The position numbers and the translations under genes are program-made. Below are positions 29,187-38,859 of a stretch of DNA of 64,000 nucleotides, piece by piece. The notes under the pieces are model-generated. The model did no database searches, had not been told where the DNA came from, and was given only the letters and a program-made list of their open reading frames with translations. Positions within the stretch are counted from its first letter, which is position 1. The number at the start of each line of letters is the position of its first letter. Source of the stretch: Candidatus Sumerlaeia bacterium (lineage in GTDB: Bacteria; Sumerlaeota; Sumerlaeia; MVZB01); assembly GCA_963580245.1 (NCBI GenBank), contig CAUZJO010000001.1, forward strand, positions 533 through 64,532, in the 5' to 3' direction.

Positions 29187-29789
29187 ATGCGTCAATTGGT
29201 CAGTCTAGAGCGGGAATATGGAACGATTCTCATAGACCCGCCCTGGCGGTTTCAAAACCGAACAGGAAAGATGGCCCCGGAGCACAAACGTCTGCGCCGC
29301 TACCCGACGTTATCTTTCGAGGAAATAGCGGCCCTACCCATTCAAGATTTTGCCGCCGACCCCAGTCATCTTTACTTGTGGTGTCCGAATGCTCTTCTTG
29401 GCGAAGCGTTGGAGATTATGGGTGCTTGGGGCTTTACTTATAAGACGAACATCGTCTGGCACAAGGTCCGAAAAGACGGCGGCCCCGACGGGCGCGGGGT
29501 GGGTTTTTATTTTCGTAACGTCACGGAATTATTACTCTTTGGGATCAAGGGAAGCCTGCGAACATTGCCGCCCGGCCGCCGGCAGGTGAACGTCATCGTC
29601 AGCAGAAAAGAAGAACACTCCCGGAAACCGAAGCAGGCATACGCAATCATCGAGGCGTGTTCGCCGGGCCCCTACCTGGAACTGTTCGCCAGGGAACGCC
29701 GTAAGGGATGGATACAATGGGGCGATGAGATTGACACCTACATGAAGAACCGACCCGTTTACCCCGCTTATACTCAATCGGGTTCGTAA
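29187..29789 (+). CDS. MT-A70 family N6-adenine methyltransferase
   Basis: ILIDPPW, HLYLWCPN, WGFTYKTNIVWHK, FYFRNVTE, EHSRKP, LELFAR. Confidence 0.92.
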   Translation: MRQLVSLEREYGTILIDPPWRFQNRTGKMAPEHKRLRRYPTLSFEEIAALPIQDFAADPSHLYLWCPNALLGEALEIMGAWGFTYKTNIVWHKVRKDGGPDGRGVGFYFRNVTELLLFGIKGSLRTLPPGRRQVNVIVSRKEEHSRKPKQAYAIIEACSPGPYLELFARERRKGWIQWGDEIDTYMKNRPVYPAYTQSGS

Positions 29790-29791
29790 CC

Positions 29792-30610
29792 TTGAAGAAG
29801 CCCGCTCGCCGCACGGCCCTCAGAATCACGCTTCTGATCGTGGTGGCCTTGCCGGGCGTCCTGTTTGGCGTTTCGAGCTGCATCAGCTTCCATCTCTCGC
29901 CGCGCGAGGTGGAGGCCTTCTTCGGCGACAAGCCCCATAAGCCACGATACAAGACCTACTCCCATAAAGATCGCCCGATGCATTACGCGGAAGTCGGGGC
30001 CGAGGGAAAGCCGCTGGTTCTGTTTGTTCACGGTTCGCCGGGATCGTGGGACAATTTCATCGGGTTGATGGGCGATCCCGACCTGCTCGAGGCGGCCAGG
30101 CTGGTCTCGGTCGATCGGTCCGGTTTTGGGAAATCGGGGGCGGGGAGGCCGGAGTGCTCGATGCGCGAGCAGGCGGCGGCGATCCGGCCCATTCTCGATA
30201 CGAACGATTCGGGCAACGCGGCCATCGTGGTCGGTCACTCGCTAGGCGGGGCGGTCGCGGCGCGCCTGGCGATGGATCATCCCGAATCGGTCGGAGGACT
30301 GATCCTGGTTGCCCCCTCGATTGATCCGGAGCTCGAGAAGGTCCGATGGTTTCAGATTCCCGCCGAATTGAGGGGCGAGCTGGAGAAGATGCTTGACCTG
30401 TGGCCGGATCTCCAGGTTCCCGTGACGGTCATCCAAGGGGAGAAAGACCGACTGGTCCCACCCGCAAACGCGGACTTCGCCCAGAGAGCACTAGTCAACG
30501 CAACCGTCAAAATCATTCGCGACGCCGAATTGAACCACTTCGTCCCGTGGAAACGGCCCAATCTGATTCGTGACGCCATTCTAGACCACCTGGCCGCGCG
30601 GAGCCCCTGA
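29792..30610 (+). CDS. Alpha/beta fold hydrolase (apparent internal deletion near 30365)
   Basis: FVHGSPG, DRSGFG.S, GHSLGG, IQGEKDRLVP, NHFVPW; N-terminal TM/signal. Confidence 0.85.
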   Translation: MKKPARRTALRITLLIVVALPGVLFGVSSCISFHLSPREVEAFFGDKPHKPRYKTYSHKDRPMHYAEVGAEGKPLVLFVHGSPGSWDNFIGLMGDPDLLEAARLVSVDRSGFGKSGAGRPECSMREQAAAIRPILDTNDSGNAAIVVGHSLGGAVAARLAMDHPESVGGLILVAPSIDPELEKVRWFQIPAELRGELEKMLDLWPDLQVPVTVIQGEKDRLVPPANADFAQRALVNATVKIIRDAELNHFVPWKRPNLIRDAILDHLAARSP

Positions 30611-30657
30611 CGCTTGAACCTCGCAGGTCACGTCGCCGCCGCACTGCTGGATATAGT

Positions 30658-30690
30658 GAAGCTGGCGACCCCCCGTGGATCGCCAGCTTC
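30658..30690. terminator. Probable bidirectional terminator hairpin
   Basis: Perfect 11-bp stem GAAGCTGGCGA / TCGCCAGCTTC between convergent genes. Confidence 0.5.
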
Positions 30691-30746
30691 TCGTTGAACA
30701 TGTTGGTCAGTGTGGCCGACGGATGTAGGCCAGCTCGCGGGTCGCG

Positions 30747-31448
30747 CTAATTCGTGGCCGTTTCAGGTATGGCTTCGGCCTCGGCGGCCTCGTCAAGCAT
30801 CGCGATATACTTGGCCGGATTCTTGTTGTATGCCCCGACACATCCCGGGCAGCACAACTGGACCAGCCGGTTGGCATGCACGATCTGCTTGGCCGAGCCG
30901 TGCGGCTTGCCGCTGACCGGGCAGGTCGCGAGCGGATAATTCTCCACCTGGGCGGCCTTGACCGCGTCGTCCAACTTCATGGCGATGGCCTCGGGATCCT
31001 TCTTGACCGCATTGATGCAACCCGGGCAGCACAGGCGAACCAGGCGGTTGTTGAAGACGTGACTGACGCCGTCTTCCATCTTGGGCCCCAGTTCTTGGCC
31101 GCTGATTGGGCAGACGTTGAGCGGATAGTGCTTGAACTGGGCCTTGATAATCGCCTCTTCGACCTTTTTCGTATGGGCCGGATCGGATTTATACGGTTCC
31201 ACGCAACCGGGGCAGCAGAAGCCCACCTCGCTGCCGTTGATCTCCTCGATGACCGCTGCGCCGTCGGCTCCGAACTTCTTGCCCGAGACCGGGCAGAAGT
31301 CCAGCGGGTAGGCATCATTGAACACTTTGACGGCGGGTTCGGCCGCCTCATCGCCGGCGGTTGCGGGGGATGCGATAAACGTAAACAGGGCGGCCAGGGT
31401 CAGGGCCGCGCAGATCAGCGACTTGGGCAGTCTAAACATGATCTTCAT
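30747..31448 (-). CDS. Exported protein with three TRASH/YHS-like metal-binding repeats
   Basis: Signal peptide; three YPLxxCP(V/I)SG...CCPGC repeats; AAGGAGG RBS. Confidence 0.8.
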   Translation of the reverse strand: MKIMFRLPKSLICAALTLAALFTFIASPATAGDEAAEPAVKVFNDAYPLDFCPVSGKKFGADGAAVIEEINGSEVGFCCPGCVEPYKSDPAHTKKVEEAIIKAQFKHYPLNVCPISGQELGPKMEDGVSHVFNNRLVRLCCPGCINAVKKDPEAIAMKLDDAVKAAQVENYPLATCPVSGKPHGSAKQIVHANRLVQLCCPGCVGAYNKNPAKYIAMLDEAAEAEAIPETATN

Positions 31449-31769
31449 GCCTCCTTCTGAGGGAATGGGTTTAATCGGCAGTTTTCTCGGCATCGAGGCG
31501 AAGAAGCCTCGCAACGCCACATCCCAACCCCACATCCCCCTATCCGGGGACCGATCAATGACCCGGGGCCTTGCTGGCGGGGCTAGAGAACCTGCTTCGG
31601 CACCAGTGAACCACTTTCGCTGGTCCATTTCAATCCAAAAAAGCAGGGAACCAGTTTTTCTTTTCAGGGGGGTCACGTGGATCCCACTGGCCGCTCCGTG
31701 GGTTTCGAGCGCCGCCTCGCTTTCAAACGGACTGGGCCGGGCTACCCGCCGCCCCCTGGCGCGACCCGC

Positions 31770-32513
31770 TCAAATCCCGAACCGATACCCCCCATCGACG
31801 GGCAGGAAGGCACCGGTGATGTTGGGGCTTTCGAACAGGAAGCGGATCGTGCGGGCGATGTCTTGCGGCGAGCCCTCACGGCCGCGCAGGGTCGCCTCGC
31901 GGTCGGCCCTGACTTTTTCCTCGGGGTAATTGGGCGGGAACAGGATCGGCCCCGGCCCGATGGCGTTGACGCGCACCGCGGGGGCCAGTGCCTTGGCCAG
32001 GCCGTGAGTCATCGAGATGATCCCGGCCTTGGCGATGCAATAGGGGAGGCTGTCGACCCAGGGCCGGTCGGCACTGACGTCGGCGATCGAGACGATCGCG
32101 CCCTCGCCCCGCTTCTTCATCTCCGCGCCCAGATACCGCGCCCAAAAGAAAGGCCCGCGCAGGTTGACCTCGACCGCCAGATCGAAATCCTCCTGGGTGC
32201 ACTCGTCGATCGCGGCGCGCGGCCAGATCGCGGCACTGTTGACAAGTAGGCTGACCGGACCCAGCTGCTCGGCCGCCTCCCGGCATGCCGCCTCGATGGC
32301 CCCCACGTCGCGCTGGTCGGCGACCACGACGGTCGTTCCGGTGCCCAGTGCTTCGATCTCCGCCGCCGCCGCGCGGCCCTCCTCGATCGAGCGGTTGACG
32401 TGGACCGCCACGTCCGCGCCGGCCCGCGCCAGCTCCAGCGCAATCGCGCGGCCAATCCGCTTGCCCGCCCCGGTGACGAGGGCGACCTGCCCTCCCAGCG
32501 TTTGCTCAGCCAT
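31770..32513 (-). CDS. SDR oxidoreductase, pteridine reductase/FolM-like
   Basis: VTGAGKRIG, LVNSA, YCIAK, VRVNAIGPG, PVDGG. Confidence 0.88.
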   Translation of the reverse strand: MAEQTLGGQVALVTGAGKRIGRAIALELARAGADVAVHVNRSIEEGRAAAAEIEALGTGTTVVVADQRDVGAIEAACREAAEQLGPVSLLVNSAAIWPRAAIDECTQEDFDLAVEVNLRGPFFWARYLGAEMKKRGEGAIVSIADVSADRPWVDSLPYCIAKAGIISMTHGLAKALAPAVRVNAIGPGPILFPPNYPEEKVRADREATLRGREGSPQDIARTIRFLFESPNITGAFLPVDGGYRFGI

Positions 32514-32626
32514 GTCCTGCACCCGTTGCGCCCTTTTGGCGGGTCGTTCTCCGACCCCTTAAAGGGCTCGGCCCCTGATTCGTTGCGAAACCGTGAGATC
32601 GGGGCGGCGACGATTCGAGGCCCACC

Positions 32627-33096
32627 CTATCCATCCACCCGCCAAACATCAAACTTGTCCTCGTCACCGTCCGCGACGATCTCCTGCTTCACCAACTCCT
32701 CCCATGCCGCGAGGGTTCTTCGATCCGCGCCGGCGGAATCCAATCGTTCGCGAACGGGACCCTCAAGGGTCTTGAGTTCGGGAAAGCCAGAAGCAGTCTG
32801 AGGAGGTCAAGCCGGTCGCTCAATCCCTTTGGCTTGGCTCCGCGCTGGACCAGGGCGGTGACTTTATGCGCGATCAGTTCTTCGGGCATCGGAACAATGT
32901 CCACGTCTTGGGTCATCCGGGTCTCATCCACGTAGGCATTGACCGCCTGGGCGCCGAAGACGACGCCGTCGTCGCGATCACGCAGAAACTCCAACACGGC
33001 CTGATGCACCAACGCCAACGGCAGTTTCTCACCCATCGCGAACTCCCGGAATGTCAATGCGCTCTCGCCGAATATCATGGTTCCTGCCTGAATCAA
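32627..33096 (-). pseudogene. Nucleotidyltransferase-like protein with internal deletion and frameshift
   Basis: FGAQAVNAYV..RMTQDVDI joined directly to PEELIAHKV; the C-terminus FPELKT...WEELV lies in another frame. Confidence 0.55.
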
Positions 33097-33317
33097 AGAT
33101 ATCTTACAAATTCTTCAACGCTCATACCTGCGTCGTGAACTAGCGAGCGTAATAGCCCTCGGTCCAAGGTCTTGTGGTCAGGAACTGAGAGCGCAACATT
33201 GAACCCTTCCCTTCTCAAGATCATGTGTCGCGAGCTCCCGACTCGAACGAAACGCCAACCCGCACGCTCAAAGGCCCACCGCGCTTCCTTTCCGGAAACC
33301 ACGGGCAGCTTTGACAT
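33093..33317 (-). CDS. hicA: HicA family toxin
   Basis: MSKLPVVSG.E....ERAGW....GSSRHMIL, SVPDH..L.RGLL. Confidence 0.88.
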   Translation of the reverse strand: MSKLPVVSGKEARWAFERAGWRFVRVGSSRHMILRREGFNVALSVPDHKTLDRGLLRSLVHDAGMSVEEFVRYL

Positions 33318-33523
33318 TATATCGACACTTCGACCGTGAGTGCCTCGGCGGGCGGTTCGGGTAGGTCGACCCCCAGTGCTTCCAAACATCCACGGATGGC
33401 GTCCTTGATATTCTCAATCGCCTCTTCGAGCGAATCCCCTTGGCTATGACAACCAGGTATCGCCGGACAATGCGCGACATACCCCGAGTCTTCGCCTCGC
33501 TCAATATAGACTGTGTATCTCAT
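33317..33523 (-). CDS. hicB: HicB family antitoxin (short form)
   Basis: GYVAHCPAIPGCHSQGDSLEEAIENIKDAI; TAATG overlap with hicA. Confidence 0.9.
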   Translation of the reverse strand: MRYTVYIERGEDSGYVAHCPAIPGCHSQGDSLEEAIENIKDAIRGCLEALGVDLPEPPAEALTVEVSI

Positions 33524-33647
33524 GGCGGCCCTTCCTTTAGCACGTTCGCGGATGCCCTCCACGCTTTCCTAACCCATGATAAGTCTAGGCTACCGCTTTG
33601 GCTGAGTCAAACACCCGCGGGCTTCATCCGGCGCTCAAGGGACGGAA

Positions 33648-34817
33648 TCAGTGGCTCGGGTGGGCGAGGGCATAGAGGCGGCCGGGCATCTGGCGTAGGC
33701 GGCCGTCGATCTCCAACTAGAGCAGGCGCTGGAGGACGTCGCCGTGGGTGAAGCCTTTGTCCGCGCAACGCTCGATCAGCGCGTCAAGGTGCAGCGGTTC
33801 GGCGTCCAATAGCTCGAGTATCTCTTTGGAGACTGGGTCGAGCGAGTCGGTCCGGCGGCCGAGGGCCTGAATGGGTTCGCCGTCGGACTCGCCCGGCGTG
33901 GCTGATACCTGGTCGGCTTGGGGCAACTCGGCCATCTCGCGGCGCAGCTCCGAGGCCAGCGCTGCGAGCACGTCCTCGGCGGTCTGCACGAGCATCGCCC
34001 CTTCGGCGATCAAGCGGTTGGAGCCTTGGGCCGAGCGGCGGTTGGCGTCGCCGGGGCAGGCCATCACGACCCGGTCGACGGCCGAGGCGTGGCGCGCCGT
34101 GATCAGGGTGCCGCTGTTCAGCGCGGCCTCGACGACCAGCGTCCCCAGGCTCAGGCCGGCCATGATCTCGTTGCGTAGCGGGAAATGGCCGGGGTTGGAC
34201 CCCGTCGCCAGCGGAAAGACGCTGAGCAACGCGCCGCGTTCCTCCTTGACGATCCGCTCGCCCAACCGCGCGTTGGTGTGGGGATAGAGCGGGGTCCCGA
34301 GCCCCTGGCCCAGCACCGCCAGCGTCCGGCCACCGGCATCGAGGGCCGCGCGGTGGGCCTCGGCGTCGATCCCGTAGGCCAGGCCGCTCACGATCGTCAG
34401 CCCGTGGGCCGCCAGCAGACCGGCGATCGGTCCGGCCATCAGCCGCGCGTAGGCACTGGGCTGGCGCGGCCCGACAATCGCAACGGCCAGGCGATCGATC
34501 AGCTCCAGACGGCCCCTTATCCATAAAACCAGTGGGCAATGAGGAAGACGACTAAGGTGCGGCGGGTAGCGGGAATCATGGAGCGTAATCAGCTCGACCC
34601 CGGCATCGGCGACGCGCTCGGCCTCATCGCGGGCGGAGCGTTACCATTGCGGATCGAGCAGCCGCGCCACTCGTGCCTCGCCCACGCCTTCGACCCTCTT
34701 CAGCTCGAGGCGCGACGCGGCGAAGACGTCCTCGGGACTCCCGAACGCATCGAGCAACCGGTGCCCCAGCACGGGGCCCGAACCTAGCGTCAGGCGCAGC
34801 CAACCGATAAGGGCCAT
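33648..34817 (-). CDS. dprA: DNA-processing protein DprA (in-frame TAA 34641-34643, TAG 33717-33719, frameshift ~34470)
   Basis: YPPHL...PLVLWIRG, VAIVG, IVSGLAYGIDAEAH, FPLRNEIMAGLS, VEAALNSGTLITA; winged-helix LL*LEIDG...PG. Confidence 0.9.
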
Positions 34818-34883
34818 TGGATCGAGGCCGGTGTGTCGCGGTGGATTCCGTTGTCCTGAATTCAGCCGACGGGGCCGGTGGGG

Positions 34884-35975
34884 CTAGAGGTCCAGCAAAT
34901 TGCGCAGGCCCTCCCCGAATTTCCATCGGTCCGCAATGTGGCCCGATCTCAGCGGATGCTCGCCGATGCTGATGGCCAGGAAATTGGAGCGCCGCGCAAC
35001 AAACGCCGTCTCGCGGATGACGGCGGCGGTGTTCTCTTGGTGGACATCCAAGCCGTTCTTGGCCAGTTCGACTATCCTTTGGGCGTCCGCGCCCGAATTC
35101 ATCAACAGGTAATAGAACTGGACCTCGTTTTTTCCCCTTCCGAAGCCGGCGAAATAGGCCTCCTTATCGAAATGCTTGCGCCCGTCAATCAATGCCCTGG
35201 CTTCGACGATATCATCGGGATGGATGCCGATTTGTCGCAACACGTTGTCCTTAAAGTATTTCTCGGTATACTCGTCACTCTTGGCCCTTTTGAAGTTGGC
35301 CGGGTCGACTTCAACCGGGTCGTACTTCTCGTTCTCCTCGATCGTCTCGAACTTACCGTACTCGAGTTCCTCGTCAAACCAGGGCCGATAGATACCGTTG
35401 GTGAATATCTTGTAGACGACGCCGACCCCGCCGATGTATTCGAGGTTGCGGTAGTCGTAGATGCCGAAAGCGGGGATGCCCCAGATGAGCATGAACGCGA
35501 TGATCATGCCGACGGTGAATTTAAACCCGGCGCTTTGCAGGAAGTTATGGATCCGGGCCTCCATTCGCTCCTTGCGCTGGGTGGCCTTGTAGACCCGCTC
35601 GTTGATGTTGGCCAGGCGCTTCTTCTCCTCATCGAGCGTGCCGATCTGCTCGGTCAGCAGCATATAGCACTCGTTCCAGTCGAACTCGAACTTCTGGCGT
35701 TCGGAGGCGTTGTAATTGGCCACGCGATTGAGTAGGATGCAATCGCCAACGATCGTCAAGATGTTCTGACCCGTCTTATGGTCATGCTCCAACGAACCCA
35801 AGAATCCGTCGTGCAGCATCGCGATGCGGCTTTTCAGTTCCAGAAACTTCATCTCGGCTTGGGGCGTGACCTTACCGGTCTTGATCGCCGCCGCCACGAA
35901 GTCGCGAAACTGGCTCCAGCGCGTGTGCAGCTCCTTGGTCTCCTCAAGGTTTCGGTTCAGAACCGGGTCTTCCAT
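34884..35975 (-). CDS. Hypothetical membrane-anchored protein
   Basis: 363-aa ORF with GAGGGAAAAGG RBS, helical N-terminus and one central TM; no family recognised. Confidence 0.7.
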   Translation of the reverse strand: MEDPVLNRNLEETKELHTRWSQFRDFVAAAIKTGKVTPQAEMKFLELKSRIAMLHDGFLGSLEHDHKTGQNILTIVGDCILLNRVANYNASERQKFEFDWNECYMLLTEQIGTLDEEKKRLANINERVYKATQRKERMEARIHNFLQSAGFKFTVGMIIAFMLIWGIPAFGIYDYRNLEYIGGVGVVYKIFTNGIYRPWFDEELEYGKFETIEENEKYDPVEVDPANFKRAKSDEYTEKYFKDNVLRQIGIHPDDIVEARALIDGRKHFDKEAYFAGFGRGKNEVQFYYLLMNSGADAQRIVELAKNGLDVHQENTAAVIRETAFVARRSNFLAISIGEHPLRSGHIADRWKFGEGLRNLLDL

Positions 35976-36192
35976 GGCTAACCTTTTCCCTCCTCGCGGG
36001 TTATCGATGGCGTCTCATGTCGAACAACTCAATAAGAACAAGCGAACATCCCATCCGCAAGATGATACCCAAACACCCCGGCGGCGGTCAATCGCCATTT
36101 ACCGGCCCCCGTCGCCAAAGCGCTATGGCACGTCGGAGACTCGTGCTCGTAATCGTAATCGTAATCGGACTTTTTCTCGGGCCGTAATCGAG

Positions 36193-36877
36193 GTGGGAGG
36201 CGATAGCGGAACGCGCAGGGCCAAGCTCAGCGCGAAGGTCACCGCCGCGCGATCAACGCCGATCACCATGATCCGTCCCAACACGCACGTCAAAGTCACG
36301 GGCGTGTGCCGGACCTATAAACCCCTCGATGGTCCGGGCAAAGTTGGCCCGTGCGTCTATTATCAATACAAAAAGATACTGCGTCATTAAGTCGTGGACG
36401 GATCTGGGCGTTGGAGAGCGCGAGTGAATTGGATCGCCGTTGACGAGGCGGCCTCCGCCGTCCCGTTCGTGCTCGATGATGGGACCGAGCAGGTGGTCGT
36501 TGATCCCAAGGGGGCGTTGGTCTACGCGACGCCGATCGACCCGGAAAAATCGCGCGGGGGCGGCTTGGATTTTATTGGCGGGGCGATTTCACGCCGCATC
36601 GCCCTTCACGTGATTAAACCCGGCGACGAACTGTTGGTGGTCGGCAACGTGTTCGAGCGAGGCACGGGCTGCCCCGAGGGCTTCGAATGGATCCTGGGGT
36701 TGGAAAAGCAAGAGGCAAACCGGGGGATCGGACAAGTTCTTCATCAGCACCAAAACCAAAGAGGAGCTGCTGGAATCCCTGCGCGCGGAGATATCGCGCC
36801 TTTACACCAAGGGCACGATCATCACCGTGGTCGGCACCCTGGTGTTCGTCTTTGTCGTAAGCGTATTAATTCCTTAA
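36193..36877 (+). pseudogene. GIDE-like (MUL1-type) domain membrane protein, N-terminally incomplete, in-frame TAA 36388-36390 and frameshift ~36690-36725
   Basis: VKVTG, PCVYY, VPFVLDDGT..VVVDPKGA, IKPGDELLVVG, then FFISTKTKEELL + C-terminal TM in another frame. Confidence 0.55.
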
Positions 36878-36943
36878 CGCGGCCATTCTCGATTCAACGC
36901 CAAGGTGAGGGGCGTCATCCGTTAGAGCGCCTCTGTGCCAATC

Positions 36944-37303
36944 TCATTCCCGCTCGTCGAGCTTCATGTTGTCGGGGACATCGTCGAGCAGCTCTTCGAT
37001 GTCCAGGTCGAGCGGGCCATCCGCGTCGGGCGGCGGCGGGAGGTCGGGCTTTTTGGTCCGGTGATAGTGCAGCCGCCGCCGTCGATATTCTTCGATCGAC
37101 ATGTCCAGGCGAGGCACTTCGCCGCTCTGCATCTGCTCGAACAGCCGCTCGAGGAACGGCACGCACCAACCGCACCCGGTCCCCGCGCCGTGGCAGTCCG
37201 AAAACTGGGAGACCACGCGCGGCCGGCGGCGCGCATGGAACCGCCTGAGCTTGCCCAGCGGCACGTGAAAACAAACGCAGATCTCGCGGTCGTCGCTTTC
37301 CAT
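36944..37303 (-). CDS. BFD-like (2Fe-2S)-binding protein
   Basis: ICVCFHV...AGTGCGWCVP. Confidence 0.8.
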   Translation of the reverse strand: MESDDREICVCFHVPLGKLRRFHARRRPRVVSQFSDCHGAGTGCGWCVPFLERLFEQMQSGEVPRLDMSIEEYRRRRLHYHRTKKPDLPPPPDADGPLDLDIEELLDDVPDNMKLDERE

Positions 37304-37537
37304 TGAGTATCGTCAGCCTTCGTTGCGTTCCTTGATCCAGACCGGACATCGGCCTAGGTCCGCCGATGATTATAGTCCAAGGCTGCGTCACGCGAAACGA
37401 AATCGGACGCAACGGTTTTGCAAAAAGGTAGGCTGGAGGGTATCCTCCATGATCATTGAGTGAAGAGGACGAGGAGCTAGGATCGCGAGGATTCCTCCTA
37501 AAGACCAGCATACGGGTCCTTGGACCTCTTTTCCATA

Positions 37538-37674
37538 TAAGGGAACCTCTAAAAATCCAGTTTGCAGTCGTCCCTACGGGACTCCAATTCGTTATCGGTT
37601 TGATTTCCCGCCACTTGCGTGGCGGGCTGAAAGCAATCGTCCCTGCCGGGACTGAATTTTTGGAGGCACCCTTA
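37538..37674. repeat. MITE/REP-like element, copy 2 of 3 (most intact)
   Basis: Terminal inverted repeats TAAGGGAACCTCTAAAAAT / ATTTTTGGAGGCACCCTTA (16/19); internal hairpins GTCCCTACGGGAC, CCCGCCACTTGCGTGGCGGG, GTCCCTGCCGGGAC. Confidence 0.9.
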
Positions 37675-37692
37675 AGTCCTCCTGTGGTCTTC

Positions 37693-38364
37693 ATGCCCAT
37701 GCACGTACCTGATAAAATCGAACGCCTGAAACGGCTCAGCCTCATCGCGATCACTCACCCCGAGCGGACGGGTTGGGCGGCGACGGAGCGCGCCGCACAA
37801 TCCGCCTTGGCGGGTGGGTTGCCCGCGTTGATGTTGCGCGACAAGGATTCGGAGGATGCGGCTTTGCGGCCCGTCGCGCGCCAACTGCGCGATCGGACCC
37901 GCGCCGCCGGCAGCCTATTCATCGTGAACGGCCGGCCCGAGTTGGCCCTGGAGACGGAGGCTGACGGCCTTCACCTCGGCAAGGGCGCGCTCGATCCGGC
38001 CGAAGCCCGCCGGCTAATGGGTCCCCAGATGCTTCTGGGCTATTCCGCTCACGAGCGCGCCGAGGCCCTTGCGGCTTTCCGCGCCGGGGCCGACTACGTC
38101 CTTTATAGCCCGATCTTCGAGACGCCGAGCAAGCGCGGCATCCTTGAGCCGCTGGGCGTGGATGCCCTTGGCGAGCTGGCCGCCGAAGCGCCGGGCCCGG
38201 TCATCGCGCTGGGCGGCGTCAACGAATCCAACGCCGGCCAGGTCCTGAGCGCGGGCGCGGCGGGTTTGGCCGTCATCCGCGCGATCTTCGCCGCCCAAGA
38301 CCCCGAGCAAGCCACCCGCCGCCTGCTCGACTTGACCGATCGCCATCCTCTCCGCGATGCGTAG
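37693..38364 (+). CDS. thiE: Thiamine phosphate synthase
   Basis: LMLRDK, FIVNGR, ADGLHLG, LGYSAH, ADYVLYSPIFETPSK, IALGGV. Confidence 0.88.
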   Translation: MPMHVPDKIERLKRLSLIAITHPERTGWAATERAAQSALAGGLPALMLRDKDSEDAALRPVARQLRDRTRAAGSLFIVNGRPELALETEADGLHLGKGALDPAEARRLMGPQMLLGYSAHERAEALAAFRAGADYVLYSPIFETPSKRGILEPLGVDALGELAAEAPGPVIALGGVNESNAGQVLSAGAAGLAVIRAIFAAQDPEQATRRLLDLTDRHPLRDA

Positions 38365-38495
38365 CGTCTCCACAGCGCCCAACCCGTCGGCGACCCGCAC
38401 CCAGAGGATGGACCGGTGTTTCACAAGTGAATCCCAGGCAAAGCCGATACCTCCACAAACACTTCAATCCCCCACGAAGCGCGCGGTTTTCGGCG

Positions 38496-38622
38496 TCGGC
38501 TCTCGGCTCCCGTCCTTCGTCCTCGGACTTTCTTGGATTCGATCGGGTTATCCCAGAGCGACGGCCCTTGTTTCGATTTAAAAATCCGAGGACGAAGGAC
38601 GAGGACGGGAGCCGAGAGCCGA
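38496..38622. repeat. Hexamer-built inverted repeat (REPIN-like)
   Basis: Arms 38496-38527 and 38585-38622 are complementary except for one extra TCGTCC unit. Related single arms occur at 15246-15271, 36140-36167 and 47027-47069. Confidence 0.8.
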
Positions 38623-38859
38623 TCAGATTGGTACACGGGAATCCTTCATTGATACCGCGTTTACTCCAAAAACTGAATCACACCCTCGCGCCGAACGCGC
38701 CAAAAAACGCTTGGCGAGCCGGCCCGCGTTTGGGGCATCATAAAATGCCATTTGGGGTCGAGATCGTTTTCGGTTGATCGAAAACCGCAGCAGCCTCGGC
38801 ACTTGACCCGATCATCCCGTCTCCGACCCTCTCTCAATCCAACGCGGAGCGAACGCGCC

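Noticed and set aside
30610-30701. Short minus-strand ORF MFNEKLAIHGGSP resembling an aminotransferase N-terminus
   Set aside because: Only ~13 residues of resemblance, coinciding with the hairpin; not supportable as a gene.
37304-37692. TPP riboswitch upstream of thiE; N-terminal extension of ThiE from 37456
   Set aside because: No CUGAGA or other TPP core motifs; the extension is simply the MITE read in frame.
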